DNA from: Octopus sinensis
Taxonomy: Eukaryota
NCBI RefSeq assembly: GCF_006345805.1
Contig: NC_043006.1
Coordinates: 39,122,001-39,186,000, forward strand
Length of the DNA stretch: 64,000 nt
Direction: 5' to 3'
This document shows positions 12,443-26,906 of this stretch, in pieces (position 1 is the first letter of the stretch; the number at the start of each line of letters is the position of its first letter). The notes under the pieces are model-generated. The model searched no databases and was not told the DNA's origin. It saw only the letters and a list, made by a program, of their open reading frames with translations. The translations under genes and the position numbers were made by a program.

Positions 12443-13126
12443 TAATAATAAATGTTATATAGATATATTTCCCCACTGAAAAATGAAAATTGACGTTTCG
12501 GATCCAGGCCATCAGTAACGTAGCTAGAATGTGTACTGACCAATCCTGGAATTGCAGTCTCCCTTACGCCCTATATACAGGCTTTTACAGCTGATTTTAT
12601 AAAGTGCCGATTCTATAAAAGCGTCGCTCGGTGTGAACAACCCTTCGCCTCCCCAACAACGCTGCTCTAAGTAATTTATTTAAAGAACAGAAAATAAACA
12701 ACAAAAACGTAAGAAGTAGCATACGTGAGTACCGGCGAGTGGTGACGTGATAAAGTAAAAAATACACGCTTGGAGCAATTGTTAAAACGCGGAGATACGC
12801 GTCAGGTTAATGTAACTTTTCAGTCGATACTCCAAGTAATTCTTTCCAAATGAATGAAAGAATGAATGAATGAATGAATAAATAAATGAATATACGTCGG
12901 CAACAACAACGTTTTTATTAATTAAGAAGGAAAAAAAATGAGGGATGAACTAGATTCACTTGGATTGCGTGTCATCGATGTCTTTATCAACTAATCTTAC
13001 GCTGGCTTTAAAACGGCGGCGTCTTTCAAATTAAACATTTGAAATATGATATCGTTCTCCAACAGATTACCTTCAGCCGACTTGCTAATGAGATTATTCA
13101 GGCTTATTGCCTATTTGCACCTCGAA

Positions 13127-13162
<36 letters not shown>

Positions 13163-13292
13163 TGAGTGCTGATATGATGATAAAGGCAAAAATGATACTT
13201 CATCAACACAAACAGCTCGCTTGGCAACGAAGTGAGCAACGCTAGAGAACAACAACCCTACACAAACACACGCTTGCGCACCAGCACACGCG

Positions 13293-13326
<34 letters not shown>

Positions 13327-13343
13327 TGTGGTGTGTGTGTATG

Positions 13344-13375
<32 letters not shown>

Positions 13376-13727
13376 GTGTGTGTGTGTGTATGTATATGTA
13401 TGTACACCTACACACACATACACGCATGCACATACACATATACACACGCACGCACGCACACGCGCATATTTAATGACGTTAGTACCGCCTACTTTTATAT
13501 GTATGCATGACTTTTTTCTTAAATATGTGTTTATATAGTTTATATATGTGTATATGTAAACATATTTGTGTGAGTATATATATGTGCATATAGATGTATA
13601 ATGTAAATTATATACACAAATAGATATAAAGCCATATGCACACACATAAATACATACATGTATATGTGTGTTTATATATATATATGTATATATATATATA
13701 TAAATATATATATATAAACATATATAC

Positions 13728-13768
<41 letters not shown>

Positions 13769-14022
13769 AAATATATAAATAATATATATATATATATATA
13801 TATTATACATGCATATATAAGTATATATAAAATATAAATATAAATATACATAAGTATATATATATATATATTATATACATATATACATACATACATACAT
13901 ACATGCATATATAAAGAGAGAAAGAGCAAAGATGTCAGTGTCTTCAAGTGCACTTTGCTAGATACCCGTTCAACTGGTGAGTTAGTGCAAATATCCACCC
14001 ATCCATCCACCCGTACATACAG

Positions 14023-14074
<52 letters not shown>

Positions 14075-14293
14075 GCATGCATACACATACGAGCACGCAC
14101 ATATACACGACGATTGATACGCACGTATATCGAAAGAGGTTAACACCTTCTACCTTTAAACAAGGACTTTAAAGCCTCTATCGATCCAAACTTAGTGTTG
14201 GAACGTTTGTATCCGATACATAAATGTTCATAAATGTTATATGGACATGACGATGTTTTAACACGAAGTCATTAAGAACTGCAGCTTTCGTCG

Positions 14294-14334
<41 letters not shown>

Positions 14335-14589
14335 GCTGTTGTTTAACCCCCAATCAAGTAAATCTATAAATCAACGGCATACAAGCTTCGGCCACGACAT
14401 CTTTTTTCCCAGCATATACTTTATCTTGGACTGGACTTCGTCCAACGATGCTCGCGTTTGAAGAATCGCTTCCACTATTTGTCAATGAAATCTTTACCCG
14501 ACTCGCGTATCCATGTATCATATATGATACATATTCCAACTTACTTTTCGTGTATGTTTGTATGTATGTATGTATGTATGTATGTATGC

Positions 14590-14915
14590 ATGTGCAGATT
14601 TGTATGTTTTGCTTTATGTATGTATTCTCGTGCATATACTTGCATTTCTAGACATGCTCATATATTCTTAAATGATAAACTTCTGGAAGGTTTTACAGAT
14701 TTTTACAGTTCCAGTGATGGATTGGATCTGTTGTCTTCGAATTAGCTCTCTCCATTCTGGCTTTGAGAGGCCTGATTTCTCAAAACAGGTATTTTGGCAG
14801 TGTGTTACATATCCCAGGGCCCCAATAATTACAGGTATAAACCTGAGCTTGAAATCTGGAGAGAGTAACTGAAGATTTCTCAATAGTTTAGCGTAGGTGT
14901 TCTCTTTTCCACTGA
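14590..14915 (-). mobile_element. R4/Dong-like LINE 3' end (RLE domain tail plus 3'UTR) abutting (CATA)n
   Basis: Translation ENTYAKLLRNLQLLSPDFKLRFIPVIIGALGYVT...QIQSITGTVKICKTFQKFII*; homologous to 45800-46180; the 3'UTR matches 41585-41655. Confidence 0.8.
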
Positions 14916-15630
14916 TCTTCAGCTTCATGTTAACACACGGTGTGCATGAATGTATGTATGTGTGTTTGTGTGTGTGTGTGTGTGAATGTACCAAGTCTAC
15001 TCAGCTGGAGCAGTTTTATATCGATATGCTTTGCACCTGTCACGTGATCAAACCGTCTTCCTTTCGAGCATAGTCTATCTAAAACTACTCTATGCAATGT
15101 CCTACTTCCTTAAAAAAAAAACGGTAGGATAGAATTTAAAGGAAATTTGTTTGTTATTTCTAGCCGTTCGAGCGACCACATATAAGCTCAGCCATCATCT
15201 CGTACAATTTGTCTTACATCAGCAAGAAAAAAGAAAGAAAAAGAGAAAAGAAAAAAAAAGCGGCCATATTTATCAGTATTTACGGATTTACACGGGAGAT
15301 ATGTAAAGTGGATGCTTTAATGAAGGTTTGGCAAAAGATATGGGAGAATGTTGTCAGTGTGACACAGTAATGGCTATTAACGATTCCATTTCCATGGATG
15401 ATAGATATGACGAATAACAAGGGACTTGTGGAATGCAAGGGAGTGCTGTAAAGTTATGTTACGAGTAGTTTTACGACTGATAATGGAAATAATATTCCTC
15501 GGTTTCTGAGTTCCTGAGCTTCTGGAGGTTATGTATTCACCAACGGAATTTTGTTTTCCATTTGCTATGGCATATACAAATATGCTTATACATACATACA
15601 TACATACATACATACATACATACATACATA

Positions 15631-15665
<35 letters not shown>

Positions 15666-15954
15666 ATGCATGGATGCATGGAGGTAACGTGTGTATGCGC
15701 GAACGTTACTACATAAATCGCTGTCTGCACACGCATGCATATATCTGTGTGTGTGTATGTGTGTGTGTGTGTAGTGTGTGTATGTGTGTGTGAGTATGTG
15801 TGTGCGTGTGTATCAGGGCAATTGAAAATATTAAACCGAACCTTAAGGCCTTCTACAAATTCGTAAAAGAGTCTGCCTCGGTGCGCTGAAAGACAGGGTC
15901 ACTGTTTGAAGAAAACGAGTCACTAACTGCAATCCTCAGGTATGTATGTATATA

Positions 15955-15986
<32 letters not shown>

Positions 15987-15998
15987 ATAGATATATCT

Positions 15999-16061
<63 letters not shown>

Positions 16062-16062
<1 letters not shown>

Positions 16063-16267
16063 GTAATTTTATTCAGCTGAATACACGTCATTGATTGGTT
16101 GAAATTACCGAAATACGTGAACTTTAACGTGAAATAACTTCGTTTTTCTCAAAAATGCTAAGAGTAAAAGATGTTTTATATGACACATTCCACCAGTGTC
16201 CGAAGTTTGAAAGTGTTTAGTTACAAAAAATTATTTTTTAAATCTATACGTCAAAAGGTAAAGATCC
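16062..16267. mobile_element. Solo arm of the foldback element found intact at 36082-36687
   Basis: GTAATTTTATTCAGCTGAATACACGTC...TCAAAAGGTAAAGATCC matches the right arm of the 36-kb element; embedded in a (GATA)n tract. Confidence 0.85.
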
Positions 16268-16332
16268 GATAGATAGATAAATAAATATAAATACACAGAT
16301 AGATAGACAGGCAGACAGACAGTCAGACAGTC

Positions 16333-16434
<102 letters not shown>

Positions 16435-16469
16435 GCAAATAGATTGATAGATAGATAGGTAGATAGATA

Positions 16470-16548
<79 letters not shown>

Positions 16549-17499
16549 TGTTTCTTTATTAGCCACACAGGGCTGCACACAGACGGGACAAATTACAAGG
16601 TAGAGCTTTTCTTTTTGGGGATAGATAGATATGACGGGCTTCTTTTATAGTTTTCGTCCACCAGGTGAACGAACAAAGCATCGATCAGCATGGGGCTGTA
16701 GTAGAAAACACCACCTGTAGATGCTGTGCAACAGGACCGAACCCAAAACCACATAGATGCAGAGAGATCGTCTTAACCACACAGCCGTGCCTTCCATTAA
16801 GATATCCTTAGTTTGGCCTTCTGCATACATAGCTTATCCTTATTTCGCTTCTAAATTAACTTCCCGCAAGGAAGTTTAATAACGGAAACCCTCTCGGAAG
16901 TACCTAAGCTCGCAATCCTCCTATCTGGACCCTCAATAGCTCCAAGAAAGCCAATTACGTCAATCTGTTTGCCTGTTCCAAAGTTAAATCGATCAGAAAC
17001 TGGAAAGTCTTGACTTTACATAGTTTCGAGACTATCTGATTGTTTGGGAAAGGATAATCCATTTTTCTAATCAGCAAATGAAAACCAAATCAGTCACTAA
17101 GTACAAACACACGCATACCTCTCACACAAACATTTAATATATAGTCATCACAGACATATTGTATACACACACACACACACACACACACACAGACGCACAC
17201 ACAAGCGCACCTCTTTTTCCTATACATATACGCAATATATTCATTGCATACATTTTGTGTACGAAAGTATAATCACATATACGCACGCATGTACGCACCC
17301 ATACACACAAGCACATCCAGACATATTAATACACATATTCCTAAATGTTCAAATGTGGCGTACAGAAACAATAACAACAACAGCAACACACACACACACC
17401 TACACCCACACAAAATCGCACGCACACACACACACACACACACAACATATTTTCATTTCTTTGTCTTAAAAGTCAATAACATGTTAGCTACTTGGATTG

Positions 17500-17544
<45 letters not shown>

Positions 17545-17821
17545 TTCTCTCTCTCTTTCTCTCTCCTTCGCTCTCTCTCTCTCTCTCCCTCTCTATATTT
17601 GTGTGAGCCTGCGTTTATGTATGGGCGGGTGTGCAGCTGTGTATGCCTGTGTTCATGTGTATGCGCAAGTATGTATGTATCTGTGTATATGCATGTGCAC
17701 GTAGGCATACCCGAGGAGGTAATAAGTTCGCTACGCTATACCTAGAGGTGCTGAGTTCGATCTCACACCGTAGAAACTTGTGCAAATGATTTTATCACAG
17801 CTCGCTTTTATTCGTTTATTG

Positions 17822-18245
17822 TGAGGGTGCGTGGCTTAGTGGTTAGGGCAGTGGTTTTCAACCAGGGTTCCGCCAGTACAGTCCAGGGGTTCCGCAAGAA
17901 GTTAAAAAACTGCTAAAATCGGCAGTAATTTTTAATTCTCCTGTGCAGATATATGTGCATAAGACTATTAAATTATTGCACAGGGGTTCCTCAGTTTGAA
18001 AAGCACTGAGTTAGGGTATTCGGCCTAAGATCGTAAGGTCGTGAGTTCAATATCCCGGCGACGTGTTGTGTCCTTGAGCAAGACACTTTATTTCACGTTG
18101 CTCCAGTCCACTCTGCTGGCAAAAACGAGTAGTACCTGTATTTCAAAGGGACCAGCCTTGTCACATTCTGTGTCACACTGAAACTCCTTGAGAACTACGT
18201 TAAGGGTATCAGCTGGGACCCTCATCGTCGTAACTGACGGAGTGC
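17822..18245 (+). mobile_element. SINE family C variant, head interrupted by a hAT MITE
   Basis: GAGGGTGCGTGGCTTAGTGGTTAGGG [insert] TATTCGGCCTAAGATCGTAAGGTCGTGAGTTCAA...TCCTTGAGCAAGACACTT; an uninterrupted homologue lies at 27590-27890. Confidence 0.8.
17849..18008. mobile_element. 160-bp hAT-type MITE
   Basis: TIRs CAGTGGTTTTCAA / TTGAAAAGCACTG; 8-bp TSD GGTTAGGG / AGTTAGGG (7 of 8 match). Confidence 0.85.
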
Positions 18246-18249
18246 TTCT

Positions 18250-18620
18250 TGTGGAGGGACAATAGCCCAATGGTTAGGGTAGCGGAATCGCGGTCGTAGG
18301 ATTGCAGTTTCGATTCCCAGACAGTTGTGAGTATTTATTGAGCGAAAACACCTAAAGCTTCACGAAGCTCTAGCCGAGGTTGGTGGCGAACCCTGCTGTA
18401 CCACAACGTTCTCTCACTCTTTCCTCCTGTATCTGTTGTACCTGTATTTCAAAGGGGCCAGCCTTGTCACACTCTGTGTCAAGCTAAATCTCCCTGAGAA
18501 CTACGTTAAGGGTACACGTATCTGTGGAGTGCTCAGCCACTTGCACATCAATTTCACGAGCAAGCTGCTCCGTTGATCGGATCAACTGGAACACTAGTCG
18601 TCATAACCGACGGAGTGCCA
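18250..18620 (+). mobile_element. SINE family C, full length
   Basis: Head GGACAATAGCCCAATGGTTAGGGTAGCGG..GTTTCGATTCCCAG through tail GATCGGATCAACTGGAAC..CCGACGGAGTGCCA. Confidence 0.85.
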
Positions 18621-18639
18621 TGATTCGTTTATTCCTTTT

Positions 18640-18841
18640 CTTGATTCAATCACTTTACTGCAGCCATGCTGGAGCACAGCATTAAAGGACTTTAGTCGAA
18701 GAAATCGACTCCAGCATTTATTTTTTGTAAACCTAGTACTTATTCTATCGGGATCTTTTGCTAATCCGCTAAATTACGAGGATATAAACACACCAACATC
18801 GGTTGTCAAACGATGGCGGAGGGACAAACACACACACACAC

Positions 18842-18876
<35 letters not shown>

Positions 18877-19347
18877 GACGAGCTTCTTTCAGTTTCCACT
18901 CACAAGGCTTTGGTCTGCTCGAGGCTATAGTAGACGACATTTGCGCAAGGTGCCACGCAATGGGATTGAACCCGGAACCATGTGGCTGGAAAGCAAGATT
19001 CTTACCACCCAGCCACTCCTGCGGGTTTTGAACTCAGAACGTAAAGATCCGGAAGAACTACCGCTAAGCATTTTGTCTTACATGCTAACGATTCTGCCAG
19101 CTCGCCGCCTGAAGGTACATATTCTTTTATTCTTTTACTTGTTGCAGTCATATGACTTCGGCCATGCTAGAGCACTGCCTTAAAGGGTTTTAGTTCAACA
19201 GATCAACTAACTACAGGACATATCTTAAGCCTGGTAGTTAATCTACCGGCTTTTTTGCTGAACCGCTAAGTTACGGGGGAGGTAAACGCACCAACACCGG
19301 TGGATAGCGGTGATGGGAGACAAACACTACACAAGACATACACACGC

Positions 19348-19389
<42 letters not shown>

Positions 19390-19550
19390 GACGGGCTTCT
19401 ATCAGTTTCCGCCTACCAAACTCACAAGGTTTTATAGTCGGCCCAAGACTATAGTAGAAGACACTTGTCCAATGTGTCATGCAATGGGACAGAACCCGGA
19501 ACCATACGGTCGGGAAGCAAGTTTCTTACCACACAGCCTCGCCTGCTCCT
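18640..19550 (-). mobile_element. Two consecutive SINE-A copies (18640-19025, 19130-19550) with a SINE-B fragment between
   Basis: Each shows the reverse-complement tail, microsatellite and head. Confidence 0.85.
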
Positions 19551-19559
19551 ACACATACA

Positions 19560-20700
19560 AAGGCATAAAAACTTGCAAGATCCTGACAAAGTGGAAAGTT
19601 CCAGAGAAGCAGTGTTATACGACAAACTCTATTTAAGAAGAAACGAAGAAGGTAGAGGTTTAAGATCATAGCAGAGAGTCTTTGAATGTCGTTTAATCTC
19701 TCACAGACTGCCCTTGCTAAACAACAGCAGCAAAAATATAAACCTAGTGCTGAAAAGCGAAGTAAACATACTACGAGTCGACCTCAACCTTCGCAGGTAG
19801 TACTCTCTGCTTGACAACCTCCAATGTAACCCCCAAACAGCTGGATTAACATACCCCAAACAAGACTTGGATATGAAATGCACAAAGTATCAAAACTTGG
19901 TTATGCGACGGTATATATCCCGAAGAATTGAAGTTGACTGTAATATTCTTTCTACTAAAGACAGAAGGCCTGATGTCTTGGGGGAGCGGACTAGTCGATT
20001 ACAACGACCACAGAATTTTACTGGTACTTAATTTATCGACCCCGAAAGGCCTCAAACTTAGGGCAAGGGATAAAGACGATTACATCGACCACAGTGCGTA
20101 ACAGGTACTTATTTAATCGACTCAGAAAGGATGAAAGGCAAATTCGACCACGGCGGAATTTGAACTCAGACGTAGTGGCAGACGAAATACCTATTTCTTA
20201 ACTACTCACAAGGGGCTAAACACAGAGAGGACAAACAAGGACAGACAAACGGATTAAGTCGATTATATCGACCTCAGTGCGTAACTGGTACTTATTTAAT
20301 CGACCCCGAAAAGATGAAAGGCAAAGTCGACCACGGCGGAATTTGAACTCAGAACGTAGCGATGGGCGAAATACCGCTAAGCATCTCGTCCAGCTCGCCG
20401 CCTTGAAACTGACTGTAGTATCGACCTGAAATGCAGTCTCTCTTGGACTTGTGGCGATTACATCATATCACGATTGGAAGGTAATACATTTAAAATCTAT
20501 AAGCAAGAGGTTGCTACAAAATATCCAAGGAACAAAACAGACGAGAGAGTAAAGCCCTTCAGGTCCTAAGATGCAACCGAAAATATCAATTACGTCACAT
20601 ATTTGCGGACAGCATCACACATGCAAACAGGCAGTTGTCATCAAGGTATTATCTTCCAATGACGTCACTAAAACAATACACAATGCCATCTGTTGAAAAT
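19560..20700 (+). mobile_element. R4/Dong-like LINE ORF remnant split by tandem SINE-B copies (19960-20410, minus strand)
   Basis: GIKTCKILT..DKLYLRRNEEGRGLRS (RLYxxRxEGGRGL motif) lies before the SINEs, and RLEGNTFKIYKQEVATKYPRNK (EGxxFAIQEQEIATKY motif) after them. Confidence 0.7.
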
Positions 20701-20932
20701 CCTGGTAAAATCTTTTATCTTTGACCTGTTTCGGTCATTTGACTGCTGCTATGTTGGAGCACCGCCTTTAGTCGAAAAAATTGACCAAGGTCTTATTATT
20801 TCTTTGAAGACTAGTACTTATCGGTCCCTTTGGTCGAACGGCTGAATTACGGCAACGTAAATACACCACTACCGGTTGTCAAACGGCCGTGGGGGACAAA
20901 CACGGAGACATACATACAAACACACCACATAC

Positions 20933-20988
<56 letters not shown>

Positions 20989-21590
20989 AATGGCGGGCTT
21001 CTATCAGGTTCCGTGTACCAAATTCACACTCAAGGTTTTGAGCGGCCCAAGGCTATACTAGAAGGCACTTTTCCCAAGGTACCACGCAGTAGGACTGAAC
21101 CTAGAACCATGTGGTTGAGAAGCAAGCTTCTTACCAACAGCTACACCTGCGCCTAGGGTATTTCCTTAGATTAAATACACACATAAACATCAACAGGAAT
21201 TATTTTTGCCTTTTGCTCGCTTCAGTCATTAAAGACTTTATTTTTAATCGAATGAATCGATCTCAGTACTTTTATATTTTTCATTAAAGTCTCGTCCTTA
21301 TTATATGGGTCGCTTTTGCCGAACCTCTAAGTCACGAGGGGCCTAAACACACCAATACCAGTAGTCAAGTGATAGTGAGAAACAAACACAGAAACAAAGA
21401 CACACACACACACATACACACACATTACTAATACATATATACATTATATATTCAACGGGCTTTCTTCCGATTCCGTCAACCAAATTCATCCACATGGCTT
21501 TGGTCGCTCTGTAGCTATAGCAGAGGACACTTGGGACAGAACCCGGAACCATGTGGTTGGAACATAAACTTTCTTACCACATAGCCACGC
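20700..21590 (-). mobile_element. Two SINE-A copies (20700-21155, 21215-21590)
   Basis: Reverse-complement family-A tail, microsatellite and head in each. Confidence 0.85.
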
Positions 21591-21634
<44 letters not shown>

Positions 21635-21674
21635 AATATATAATATATATTCTATATTATATATATTATATATA

Positions 21675-21842
21675 GGCGCAGGAGTGGCTGAGTGGTAAGA
21701 AGCTTGCTTACCAGCCACATGGTTCCTTGTTCAGTGCCCCTGCATGGCACCTGGGGCAAGTGTCTTCTGCTATAGCCTTGAGCCGACCAAAGCCTTGTGA
21801 GTGGATTTGGTAGACGGAAACTGAAAGAAGCCCGTCGTATAT

Positions 21843-21891
<49 letters not shown>

Positions 21892-22140
21892 TTGTGTGTG
21901 TGTGTGTGTGTGTGTGTAAGTATGTGTGTGTTAGTCTGTGTTTGTCCCTTCCCCCACCATCGCTTGACAACCGATGCTGGTGTGTTTACATCCCCGTCAC
22001 GTAGCGGTTCGGCAAAAGAGTCCGATAAAATAAGTAATAGGCTTACAAAGAATAAGTCCTGGGGTCGATTTGCTCGACTAAAGGCGATGCTCCAGGATCG
22101 CCGCAGTCAAATGACTGAAACAAGTAAAGGAATAAAGGAA
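21675..22140 (+). mobile_element. SINE family A, full length
   Basis: TAGGCGCAGGAGTGGCTGAGTGGTAAGAAGCTTGC...GCAGTCAAATGACTGAAACAAGTAAAGG. Confidence 0.92.
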
Positions 22141-22173
22141 TATATATATATATATACGTACGTAGACGTATAC

Positions 22174-22207
<34 letters not shown>

Positions 22208-22591
22208 ATGTGTGTGTGTGTGTGTATGTGTGTGTGTGTAGGAACGCGCACGTGAGCAATTACATGCCCTTAATATGATCAATGTTTTCGTTGCAACGCT
22301 AACCGAATATCTGGCTGGTCTTCAACCTCCAAACTACATTTACATGGTAGCCAATTATCTACCTACTTAGTAACATTACGGCAATCAACATACTTCTATA
22401 CATTCATATTATAATATATATATATATATATATATAGTTTATAATAATTATTATATATATGTAGATCCACTAATCAACGGTTCGCTTACAAACGTATGTA
22501 TACATGTATGTATGTATGCATGCATGAGCTCACTCACATTTCTTTTAAGAAGTTATATATATATATATGTTTAATATATGTATATACATAC

Positions 22592-22643
<52 letters not shown>

Positions 22644-22895
22644 TGCATGTACGTCGTGTGTACGAATGTCTGCTTGCATGTATGCCTTATGAGTGCATAT
22701 ATGTAGGTATATATGTAGGTATGTATGTTTGTTGTAAGTGAAGTCAAGTGCGGAAGATTCTTGAAAAGCCAGCCTAATTGCGTATTAACGTACGATTCCT
22801 AATTCCCAACGGAGACTCACATACTGCTCTGGCCATTTCGAAGGACATTCTGGTCGGAGAGAAAGACAGCCAAATAGATAGATATATAGGTAGGT

Positions 22896-23026
<131 letters not shown>

Positions 23027-23039
23027 TAAACAGATAGAC

Positions 23040-23097
<58 letters not shown>

Positions 23098-23136
23098 GTT
23101 GATATAATGGTAGATAGAAAGGTTGATAGATAGATA

Positions 23137-23236
<100 letters not shown>

Positions 23237-24189
23237 AATGGAAGAAAGAGAGCGATGGAGTGGGGGAGACCATGTCTAATCAAATAGACATGAAATAGTT
23301 TGCGTCGCTGATTTTCGTCTGTTAAAGGCTATAATTATAGCCGAAAGTTAATTAAAAAGGAAAAAAAAAAATGCAGAAAGAAAAGGAAACAACGAAACAA
23401 AGAAATTAGTCGGCAATTACGTAGAAATTGGTAACTGGGGAAAATTTAAAATTATATAATGATGTATATATGTACATACAGTCATACAAAAAAAGAGCGT
23501 ATATATGTATATATATATATATATACGTGCATACATACATATATATTGTACGTACATGCATAAATCTATATATGTAAGTTTGTATATATATGTGTGTGTG
23601 CGTGTGTCTGAGTGTGTGTGTGTGTGTATGTTCATATAAGCATACATATACATATGTATACACATATACACATAGATATACATGGCTGATGTCAAATGAC
23701 TGAAACAAATAAAAGAATAAAAGAGGAAATATAGATAAAATACATACATACATACATACATATATACACATACACAAAAGCAGATATATATAATATGTGT
23801 GTGTGTATGTGTATACGCCTACGAATGTATATATATATATATATATATATGTAAATACGTACTGATGTTTGGATATATATACACATATACATACATACAT
23901 ATATACATAAAGATAAGTGTAATGTTCATATATGTATGTATGTACGTATACGTATATATTTACACTTACATACGCAAATATACATCTCCCTATATACACA
24001 CTGATAAACATACGCTCCCACGCATTCCAGAGTGGTCAAGTCACTTTAATAGATGAAAGATTGATGCGTCTGGCAGTGTATAAGATAGAAAAATCTTTGC
24101 TGAAGGTGTGTCTATAGATTTTGGTAGGTTACAATGTCAAAGTAGTAGAGTTTATTGCTGCCGGCCATAGTGGTAACATGGCGAACCTG

Positions 24190-25230
24190 ATAAGTATTTT
24201 TTTCTACTCTAGGCACAAGGCCCCGAAATTTTGGAGGAGGACGCCAGTCGATTAGATCGATCCCAGTACGCAGCAAGTACTTAATTTATCGACCACCGGA
24301 ATTTGAACTCAGAACGTAAAGACAGACGAAATACCCCTAAGTATTTCGCCCGCGTGCTAACAATTCTGCCAGCTTGCCGCCTTGGCGTCCATGAAATATT
24401 CTTTTCTACTCTAGGCCCAAGGCCTAAAGTTTTGGTGGACGGGATCAGTCGATTAGATCGACTTCAGTACGCAACCCCGAAAAGATGAAAGACAAAGTCA
24501 ACTTGGGCAGAATTTGAACTCAGAACATGAAGACAGACGAAATGCTGCTAAACATTTCGTCGAGTGTGCTAATGATTCTGCCAGTTCGCCGCCTTAGCGT
24601 CCATAAAATATTCTTTTCTACTCTAAGTACAAGGCCCAAAAGTTTTGGAGAAAGGGCCAGTCGATTAGATCGATCCCAGTACGTAATTGGTACTTAATTT
24701 ATCGAGCTCGAAAGGATGAAAGACAAAGTCGACCTCGGCGAAATTTGGACTCAGAACGTAAAGATAGACGAAATACAGTTAAGCATTTCGCCCGGCGTGC
24801 TAACGTTTCTTATTTCTTTATTGCCAACAAAGGGCTAAACATAGAGGGGACAAACAAGGACTAACAAACAGATTAAGTCGATTATATCGACCCCAGTGCG
24901 TAACTGGTATTTAATTTATCGACCCCGAAAGGATGAAAGGCAAAGTCGACCTCGGCGGAATTTGAACTCAGAACGCAACGGCAGACGAAATGCCTATTTC
25001 TTTATTACCCACAAGGGGCTAAACATAGAGGGGACAAACAAGGACAGACATGGGTATTAAGTCGATTACATCGACCCCAGTGCGTAACTGGTACTTAATT
25101 TATCGACCCCGAAAGGATGAAAGGCAAAGTCGACCTCAGCGGAATTTGAACTCACAACGTTGCGCCAGACGAAATACCGCTAAGCACTTCGCCCGGCGTG
25201 CTAACGTTTCTGTCAGCTCGCCGCCTACAA
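24190..25230 (-). mobile_element. Cluster of ~5 same-orientation partial SINE-B copies
   Basis: GAATTTGAACTCAGAAC-like blocks recur near 24300, 24510, 24740, 24960 and 25140. Confidence 0.88.
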
Positions 25231-25345
25231 CCTGATGAGTATGACCACGTCATCATTTAAATGCCATGCTCTCCTCTGGGGTCTCTTGATAGTTAAGGTT
25301 ATTTTTTCCCAAGACGTCTGTGCATGCGTGGTGTGTGTGTGTGTG

Positions 25346-25379
<34 letters not shown>

Positions 25380-25753
25380 GTGTGTGTGCGTGCGTGCGTG
25401 CGTGTGTGTGTGTATTCTTGTTTTCTATCTTTTTTTTCTCTTTTCCCTTTGAATCTCAACATGACGCACAGACAGTCGTAGTTTCCGCCAGCTAACCAAT
25501 CAGTTATTTTCAGACCTGTCATTCGCTCGTATGCAGATGCACATACACACACTGGTATGGCTATAGCTGCAGTCTTGGGTGTGAGGTTAAGACGCTTGCT
25601 TTGCAAACACGTGGCATCAGGTTCAGTTCCACCGTGCGACACATTGCACAACTATCTTCTGCTATAGCCACAGGCTGACTAATGTCTTGCCAGTGAATTT
25701 GGTTGAATCTTGGGGTTAATAACCCGCGCTCTTAACCACTACGCCATATGCCT

Positions 25754-25875
25754 ATGATGAAGGCTGGAGGGTATATCAGCCGAAACGTTGTGTTAACAAC
25801 AAAGAAGATGAGGACAAATATCCATCAAATGTAAATAATGTAAATAATTACATAATTCCTAATTTCTTAAATATA
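25754..25875 (+). mobile_element. Penelope-like terminus with a degenerate hammerhead-like core
   Basis: (A)TGATGA-A-GGCTG-GAGGGTATAT-CAGCC-GAAA-CGTT: stem II and the ACGT palindrome are present, C3 is mutated and stem I is lost. Confidence 0.5.
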
Positions 25876-26906
25876 GAACTGCATTTACTATGGTTTAGGG
25901 AATTTCATAGCAGCACAAGACTGTAATATATCGCTATTGATGAAATGAAATACTTTCTTGAAGTCAATAAATGTTAGACACGGTTTGTGAATTATAAATG
26001 CCAAGCTAACTGACAAACTGTGAGAACTTGGTGATAACAAAATAAATGACTGACTTATAGAGATGAAAACATATTATATTTATAACCCGGAAATTTAGAT
26101 ATATTGATCAACAGCCTCGCCTGAAACTAGTTGTAATGGAATCGTATCACTGACCAGGTCGCAGTTAGCGCGACGAAAATTTTGACACCAAATGATAAGT
26201 GTTTAAGTGAGGTTTAAGAGTCTTTGTGTGTTTTTGAAGGGTTAATATGTGTCCTCCACGCTGTAATTGTCTCAGTTTCAACATACGGTCTCAGATGAAA
26301 CCGAATACCGGGCAAGTACATCGAAATAAATGTAATGTTTATTGGAAACGGATTAAATCACTTGTCAAGCAAGTACTTCTCCGAAATAAATGTAATATTT
26401 ATTGGAAACCGTTTGCCTTTGAAACCAGCTGTGATCCTTCACAAGATATGATTTTTCTAGGAACAACATCCCCCCTGTAGGAATCCTGCTTTGTTGTTCT
26501 CGACGATAGAGTCAATATAAATACAAATCCCATGCGACAAGGTTTTATTGTAAACTATAGTTGCTATTAACATTAACGGGATTCCTCTGTAATTGATCAT
26601 AAATATGAGGTTTCCTTTGTTTGGTGGAGGCGCGTTAATGTTGGGAGTTAAACATTATCGCGCCGATCCACTGGTGGTATCAGAGGAGAGAATACTTCTG
26701 TACAAAAACGGTGGACCACGTCAAACATTGCATTTCTGTCTCCCTTGCGACTCTTATAATTAGTACTGTGAAAACTGAATACATCTCAATTAGCTATGAA
26801 GCCGAGCTTCTTGTGTGACTGTATTGGTGATGTACTAAAGGAGGTCAACGAATCCAGATATTGTGGATCTGCGTTATTTAGTGAATGCAAATAAAACTGT
26901 AAGAGA

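Noticed and set aside
22800-22850. Minus-strand acceptor CTTTCTCTCCGACCAG with nearby donors (micro-exon ECPSKWPEQY)
   Set aside because: The strong donor gives phase 1 to phase 0, which breaks the frame with the 4453 exon; no homology support.
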